From positions 1 to 5,102 of the forward strand of contig NW_021830147.1 in assembly GCF_006345805.1 (NCBI RefSeq): a stretch of DNA of 5,102 bases, given 5' to 3'. Source of the DNA: Octopus sinensis. Taxonomy: Eukaryota. The notes under the pieces are model-generated. The model searched no databases. It was not told where the DNA came from and saw nothing but the letters and a program-made list of their open reading frames with translations. A program made the translations under genes and the position numbers. Positions 1 to 5,102 of this stretch are shown piece by piece (the first letter of the stretch is position 1; every line of letters begins with the position of its first letter).

Positions 1-22
1 CAGTCATTATTCTACTTGATAA

Positions 23-452
23 TTTTTACTCTTTTACTTGTTTCGGTCATTTGACTGCGGCCATGCTGGAGCACCGCCTTTTAGTCGAGCAAATCGACCC
101 CAGGACTTATTCTTTGGAAGCCTAGTACTTATTCTATCTGGCCCCTTTTGCCGAACCGCTAAGTTACGGGGACGTAAACACACCAGCATCGGTTGTCAAG
201 CGATGGTGGAAGTACAAACAGAGACACACATACGTATACACAGACTATATTATATATATATATATATATATATAGATATATATATATATACGACAGGCTC
301 TTTCAGTGTCCGTCTACCAAATCCACTCACAAGGCTTTGGTCGGCCCAAGGCTATAGTAGAAGACACTTGGCCAAGGTTCCATACAGTGGGAGTGAACCC
401 GGAACCATGCGGTTCGTTAGCAAGCTACTTACCACACAGCCACTCCTACGCC
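23..452 (-). mobile_element. Full-length tRNA-derived SINE (family A; Octopus-type, possibly CORE-SINE/OR-related)
   Basis: The minus strand starts GGCGTAGGAGTGGCTGTGTGGTAAG. It has a Pol III A-box-like TGGCTGTGTGG (442-432) and a B-box-like GGTTCACTCCC (399-389), ~32 nt apart as in a tRNA. These are followed by ACCTTGGCCAAGTGTCTT (resembles the CORE motif GACCTTGGGCAAGT), a central TA/TG-rich tract, a 3' body repeated at 3405-3536, and a short-repeat tail AAGTAAAAGAGTAAAAA. The family name is from recall only. Confidence 0.88.
246..290. repeat. (TA)n microsatellite inside the SINE central region
   Basis: Near-perfect TA run with one extra T and one GA interruption. Confidence 0.97.
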
Positions 453-1574
453 TATTCATAATTATTTTTCATTCCTCATCTGCATTATTTATTATTATTA
501 TTCATTATTCTTCCAAATTCTTTATTCTTTTTCATTAATCATTATTCTTTATTCAGAATACCATATTATTCATTATTTTTTTCTCCTTCTTATTCATTAC
601 TGTACTTCATCATTCATAATTATTCTTCATTCCTCTTCTGCTTTATTTATTATTCATTATTCTTCCAAATTCTTTATTCTTTTTCATTAATCATTATTCT
701 TTATTCAGAATACCATATTATTCATTATTTTTTCTCCCTCTTATTCATTATTGTACTTCATCAGTCATAATTATTCTTCATTCCTCTTCTGCTTTATTTA
801 TTATTCATTATTCTTCCATATTTTTTATTCTTTTTCATTAATCATTATTCTTTATTCAGAATACCATATTATTCATTATTTTTCTCCCTCTTATTCATTA
901 TTGTACTTCATCATTCATAATTATTCTTCATTCCTCCTCTGCTTTATTTATTATTCATTATTCTTCCATATTCTTTATAATTTTTCATTAATCCTTATTC
1001 TTTATTCAGAATACCATATTATTCATTATTCTTCCATATTCTTTATTCTTTTTCATTAATCATTATTCTTTATTCAGATACCATATTATTCATTATTCTT
1101 CCATATTCTTTATTCTTTTTCATTAATCATTATTCTTTATTCAGAATACCATATTATTCATTATTCTTCCATATTCTTTATTCTTTTTCATTAATCATTA
1201 TTCTTTATTCAGAATACCATATTATTCATTATTCTTCCATATTCTTTATTCTTTTTCATTAATCATTATTCTTTATTCAGAATATCATATTATTCATTAT
1301 TCTTCCATATTCTTTATTCTTTTTCATTAATCATTATTCTTTATTCAGAATACCATATTATTCATTATTCTTCCATATTCTTTATTCTTTTTCATTAATC
1401 ATTATTCTTTATTCAGAATACCATATTATTCATTATTTTTTCTCCCTCTTATTCATTATTGTACTTCATCATTCATAATTATTGTTCATTCCTCATCTCC
1501 ATTATTATTATTATTATTCATTATTCTTCCATATTCTTTATTCCTTTTCATTAATCATTATTCTTTATGCAGAA
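453..1574. repeat. AT/pyrimidine-rich compound minisatellite: partial B-(AB)3-A6-AB-partial A
   Basis: The 68-bp A unit (CTTCCATATTCTTTATTCTTTTTCATTAATCATTATTCTTTATTCAGAATACCATATTATTCATTATT) starts at 510, 662, 813, 963, 1031, 1098, 1166, 1234, 1302, 1370 and 1526. The B unit (TTTTCTCCCTCTTATTCATTATTGTACTTCATCATTCATAATTATTCTTCATTCCTC...) follows the A copies at 510, 662, 813 and 1370. Confidence 0.95.
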
Positions 1575-1734
1575 CTTACTGATTATTCGGTATTTTTTTC
1601 TCATCTTCCCCTCTATATTCTATCTCCTCTTTGATTTGTCTCCTTTGTAATTGTGTGTGTGGTGTGTTACTTGTATGTTTGAGAAAGAAAAAAAATAAGG
1701 AAGAGAAAGAGCCAGGCCGTGTGTATGTGTGTGT

Positions 1735-1810
1735 TATTCATTATTCTTCCATATTCTTTATTCTTTTTCATTATTCATTATTCTTCATTCAGTGTATTTT
1801 ATTCCTCATT
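1735..1810. repeat. Detached, degenerate copy of the minisatellite unit
   Basis: TATTCATTATTCTTCCATATTCTTTATTCTTTTTCATTA matches the A-unit start (CTTCC at 1746) and then decays. Confidence 0.8.
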
Positions 1811-1857
1811 ATATTGTCTTACTCTTCCCAATCACCTTACTCTTTTCTCTATGTATA

Positions 1858-1984
1858 CTTGTATGTGTGTGTGTATGTATGTGTGTGTGTGAGCGTGTGT
1901 GTGTATGTGTGTGTGTGTGTGTGTGTATGTGTGTGTGTGTGAGTGTGTGTATTTCTATGTAAATGTGTATATGTATATATATGC
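1858..1984. repeat. Imperfect (GT)n/(GTAT)n microsatellite ending in a TA-rich tract
   Basis: Long GT run with GTAT and GAGC interruptions, read directly. Confidence 0.95.
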
Positions 1985-2370
1985 GTAATAGTTATCTATC
2001 TCAACGGAATGATAGCTGGTCTTCCCGCCACCCGCCCCCCAACACATTTTTAGGGTAGCAGCGTATGAAAGGGTTAGTCACGAATGGCAAGAGGGGGTAG
2101 GGATCGGAGCAGCATCACACACCATACCCAACACTGAAGCACATCCCCCATCCCGCGCATGCGTGATATCGTACTTGAGCTGATATGGAACTCGCTTTAT
2201 TATGTATTGTACGGAAGTGACAGGACCTTTCCCTCCCCAACGGCAACCCTCAGCAGCCCCTTCAAGTTTTTACATATACTATTAAACTTTTTTTTTATCA
2301 TTTCATTATATATAAAACCCCTACACTTTATGCTGTCTTTGTATTGTCCCTCTCATCGATCACCCTGGTG
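1985..2370. promoter_or_regulatory. Unique CpG-containing island with promoter-type motifs (putative cis-regulatory element)
   Basis: About 14 CpGs counted by eye. GC-box CCCGCCCC at 2031-2038, NRF1-like GCGCATGCGT at 2155-2164, ETS-like CGGAAGTG at 2212-2219 and TATAAAA at 2311-2317. Motif evidence only; no functional evidence. Confidence 0.3.
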
Positions 2371-2525
2371 ATTATCATCATCATCATCATCATCATTGTT
2401 GTTGTTGTTGTTGTTGTTGTCATTATTATTATTGTAGTAGTTTTTTTATTATTATTATTATTATTATTATGTCAATATTATTATTATTGTAGTAGTTTTA
2501 TTATTTTTATTATCATTGTCAATAC

Positions 2526-2573
<48 letters not shown>

Positions 2574-2707
2574 CAGTATTATCATTATTATTATTGTAGT
2601 AGTTTTATTATTATTATTATCATTATTATTATTGTAGTAGTTTTATTATTATTATTATTGTCAATATTATTATTATTATTATTGTAGTAGTTTTATTATT
2701 ACTATTG

Positions 2708-2742
<35 letters not shown>

Positions 2743-2784
2743 GTCAATATTATTATTATTGTAGCAGTTTTATTATTACTATTG

Positions 2785-2822
<38 letters not shown>

Positions 2823-2925
2823 GTCAATATTATTATTATTGTAGCAGTTTTATTATTACTATTGTTGTTATTATCATTATTATTATTATTATTATCAGTA
2901 TTATCATTATTATTATTGTAGTAGA

Positions 2926-2958
<33 letters not shown>

Positions 2959-3071
2959 GTCAATATTATTATTATTAATATTGTAGTAGTTTTATTATTA
3001 TTATTATTATCATTATCAATATTATTATTATTATTGTAGTAGTTTTATTATTACTATTGTTATTATTATTG

Positions 3072-3106
<35 letters not shown>

Positions 3107-3145
3107 GTAGTAGTTATATTATTATTGTAGAAGTTGTTGTTATTT
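2371..3145. repeat. Interrupted trinucleotide array: (ATC)n, (GTT)n, then (ATT)n with recurring interruption motifs
   Basis: The ATT frame is punctuated by GTCAATA (2471, 2518, 2660, 2743, 2823, 2959), by many GTAG(T/C)AGTTTTA motifs and by TCAGTATTATC (2573, 2895). Confidence 0.95.
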
Positions 3146-3313
3146 TGGATTTTAGCTTTTTTTAGGGTGGGGCACTGCGGCAGTAAAGAGGTGCCGACGT
3201 TAATCTCCCTCGCTGTCTCACGTTTTTTCTTTCTTTATTTCTCGTTCTTTCTTTTTCATGATCTGGGTTTTGCTACCCTCCCAAGATTAAAATAACAAAT
3301 ATACAAATACATG

Positions 3314-3315
<2 letters not shown>

Positions 3316-3367
<52 letters not shown>

Positions 3368-3372
3368 TACAT

Positions 3373-3403
<31 letters not shown>
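3316..3403. repeat. Compound microsatellite (CT)16-(CA)n-(TA)n
   Basis: CT run at 3316-3347, CA run with two TA interruptions at 3348-3390, AT run at 3391-3403. Confidence 0.97.
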
Positions 3404-3404
<1 letters not shown>

Positions 3405-3536
3405 TTTGTACTTGTTTCAGTCATTTGACTGCGGCCATGCTGGAGCACCGCCTTTAGTCGAGCAACTCGACCCTGGGACTTATTCTTTTTGCAAGCCCAG
3501 TACTTATTCTATCGGTCTCTTTTTGCCGAACCGCTA
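3405..3536 (-). mobile_element. 5'-truncated family A SINE (3' body only)
   Basis: TACTTGTTTCAGTCATTTGACTGCGGCCATGCTGGAGCACCGCCTTTAGTCGAGC...GCCGAACCGCTA aligns closely with ~36-161 of this window. No tRNA head is present. Confidence 0.92.
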
Positions 3537-3690
3537 TATATACACACACAACATACGCAGAAACACACACACACAAATCACACACATACACACAGGAACA
3601 CAAACATACACCTCACACAAACAAACCCACACACATATGCATACACAGAAACACACACACACGAATGTTTTCATGTCTGTGTGTGTGCCT
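3537..3690. repeat. Degenerate CA-rich low-complexity tract ending in a short (TG)n run
   Basis: Imperfect CACACA runs, read directly. Confidence 0.85.
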
Positions 3691-3709
3691 GTCAGCATAT
3701 GAACGCAGT

Positions 3710-3767
3710 CATATTATTATTATTATCATTATTATTATATTATTATTATTATAATTATTATTATAAA
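3710..3767. repeat. Short (ATT)n array upstream of the first family B SINE
   Basis: Imperfect ATT repeats ending TTATAAA immediately before GGCGGC at 3768. Confidence 0.9.
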
Positions 3768-3974
3768 GGCGGCAAACAGGTAGAATCGTTAGCATGGTGG
3801 ACGAAATGCTTAGCGGCATTTCGTCCGTCTTCGCGTTCTGAGTTTAAATTCCGCCGAGGTCGACTTTGCCTTTGATCCTTTCGTGATCGATAAATTGAGT
3901 ACCAGCTGAGTATTGGGGGGTGGTTATGTAACTAACTAGAACCCTCCCTCAAAATTTTAAACCTTTAGCAGAAA
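3768..3974 (+). mobile_element. tRNA-derived SINE, family B, copy 1 (diverged)
   Basis: Starts GGCGGCAAACAGGTAGAATCGTTAGC, has a B-box-like GAGTTTAAATTCC at 3840-3852 and the body GAGGTCGACTTTGCCTTTGATCCTTTCG...GATAAATTGAGTACCAG. It is collinear with 4086-4298 and followed by an (ATT)n tail. Confidence 0.88.
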
Positions 3975-4018
3975 TTATTATTATTGTTATCATTCTAATT
4001 ATTATTATTATTATTATA

Positions 4019-4083
<65 letters not shown>
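3975..4083. repeat. (ATT)n tail of family B copy 1
   Basis: Near-perfect ATT run directly after the SINE 3' end. Confidence 0.95.
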
Positions 4084-4084
<1 letters not shown>

Positions 4085-4085
4085 A

Positions 4086-4298
4086 GGCAGCGAGTTGGCG
4101 GAACCGTTAGCGCGCCGGGCAAACTACTTAGCGACATTTCGTCCGTTCTTACGTTCTGAATTCAAATTCCGCTGAGGTCGACTTTGCATTTCATCTTTTC
4201 AGGGGTCGATAAATTAAGTACCAGTAAAATACTGGGGTCGATGTAATCGACTAGTCCTCTCTCCCAATATTTCAAGCCTTGTGACTATAACAGAAAGG
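4086..4298 (+). mobile_element. tRNA-derived SINE, family B, copy 2 (full length)
   Basis: Starts GGCAGCGAGTTGGCGGAACCGTTAGC. A-box-like TGGCGGAACCG at 4096-4106 and B-box-like AATTCAAATTCC at 4159-4170. The 3' end CCTTGTGACTATAACAGAAAGG is followed by ATT repeats. Confidence 0.9.
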
Positions 4299-4320
4299 AT
4301 TATTACAGTTATTATTATTA

Positions 4321-4354
<34 letters not shown>

Positions 4355-4428
4355 CATTATTATTATTATTATTATTATTATCATTATTATTATTATTATT
4401 ATCATTATTATTATTATTATTATTATTA

Positions 4429-4469
<41 letters not shown>

Positions 4470-4841
4470 GTTATTGTTGTTGTTGTTATCATTATTATTA
4501 TCATGATCATTATTGTAGTATTATTATTATTGTTGTTGTTGTTATTATTATTAATATTATTATTATTATTATTATTGTTATTGTTGTTGTTGTTATCAGT
4601 ATTATTATCATGATCATTATTGTAGTATTATTATTATTGTTGTTGTTGTTATTATTATTATTATTGTTATTATTATTGTAATAGTTTTATTATTATTATT
4701 GTTATTACTATTATTATTATCATTATTATCATTATCATTATAATTATTATTATTATTATTGTTGTTGTTGTTATCATTATTATTATCATGATCATTATTG
4801 TAGTATTATTATTATTGTTGTTGTTGTTATTATTATTAATA

Positions 4842-4879
<38 letters not shown>

Positions 4880-4947
4880 GTAATAGTTTTATTATTATTA
4901 TTGTTATTACTATTATTATTATTATCATTATTATCATTATCATTATA

Positions 4948-4978
<31 letters not shown>
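4299..4978. repeat. Long interrupted (ATT)n array with internal higher-order duplications
   Basis: TCATGATCATTATTGTAGTA occurs at 4501, 4608 and 4786. A block starting GTAATAGTTTTATTATTATTATTGTTATTACT occurs at 4678 and 4880. Confidence 0.95.
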
Positions 4979-4979
<1 letters not shown>

Positions 4980-5063
4980 GGCAGCGTGCTGGCAGAATCG
5001 TCATCACGCCGGAAAAAAATAATTAGCGATATTTCTTCCGGCTCTTATTTCGGAGTTCCAAAT
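4980..5063 (+). mobile_element. Family B SINE, copy 3: 5' tRNA-like head only
   Basis: GGCAGCGTGCTGGCAGAATCGTCATCACGCCGG...TTAGCGATATTTCTTCCGGCTCTTA...GAGTTCCAAAT aligns with the heads of copies 1 and 2. Similarity is lost after ~5063. Confidence 0.8.
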
Positions 5064-5102
5064 ATCTACCCTTGACGGCGTATGGCTTTTCTCTGCTAGT
5101 GC

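Noticed and set aside
380-452. tRNA gene at the SINE heads (also 3768, 4086, 4980)
   Set aside because: A/B boxes are present, but I could not fold a proper cloverleaf, and each head is or was attached to a SINE body.
1-470. Target-site duplication around the full-length family A SINE
   Set aside because: At most a ~3-bp ATT match in AT-rich sequence, which is not informative.
38-538. 166-aa ORF (MFRSFDCGHAGAPP...)
   Set aside because: It is the antisense reading of the family A SINE, starts at TTG and reads through a TA microsatellite (YIYIYI) into the minisatellite.
751-1059. 102-aa hydrophobic ORF with internal repeats
   Set aside because: Translation of the minisatellite; stops are scarce because of base composition, and the start is not ATG.
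963-1437. Regular 68-bp periodicity resembling a CRISPR repeat-spacer period
   Set aside because: Whole units are identical with no unique spacers, there are no cas genes, and the context is eukaryotic.
1631-1962. Cys/Val-rich ORFs (103 aa and 77 aa)
   Set aside because: The CV repeats come from the GT microsatellite; this is not a metallothionein-like or real Cys-rich protein.
2332-2370. Possible decayed plus-strand family A fragment (TGTC...CATCG...TGGTG)
   Set aside because: The similarity is short and needs several gaps, so it cannot be supported without an HMM search.
2159-2371. 70-aa ATG-initiated ORF in the unique island
   Set aside because: Short, with no recognisable domain, and it runs through a T-rich tract; chance is a sufficient explanation without expression data.
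2344-2637. Poly-Ile/Val/Leu membrane-like ORF
   Set aside because: Translation of ATC/GTT/ATT trinucleotide repeats.
3406-3875. 98-aa and 128-aa ORFs
   Set aside because: They span SINE fragments, the CA tract (HTHT) and ATT repeats.
3949-5007. Poly-Ile, poly-Leu and poly-Asn ORFs on both strands
   Set aside because: Stop-free frames of (ATT)n/(AAT)n arrays.

Overview
This is non-coding, repeat-dense, AT-rich eukaryotic DNA. Its SINE sequences match my recollection of Octopus (cephalopod) repeats; that assignment was not database-checked. I see no credible protein-coding gene: all 14 supplied ORFs lie over SINEs, a minisatellite or microsatellites. Contents in order: (1) a full-length tRNA-derived SINE, here called family A, on the minus strand (~23-452); (2) a two-subunit minisatellite (68-bp A unit plus ~82-88-bp B unit, ~453-1574) that the SINE appears to have inserted into; (3) a GT microsatellite; (4) a ~385-bp unique CpG-containing island with GC-box, NRF1-like, ETS-like and TATA-like motifs; (5) a long interrupted (ATT)n array; (6) a compound (CT)(CA)(TA) microsatellite abutting a truncated family A SINE; (7) a head-to-tail chain of three family B tRNA-derived SINEs, each starting in the (ATT)n run left by the previous one. 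The most interesting signals are a bipartite motif shared by the two SINE families, a covarying hairpin in the family B head, the SINE chain, the minisatellite's higher-order structure and the promoter-like island. I found no demonstrable new biological system.
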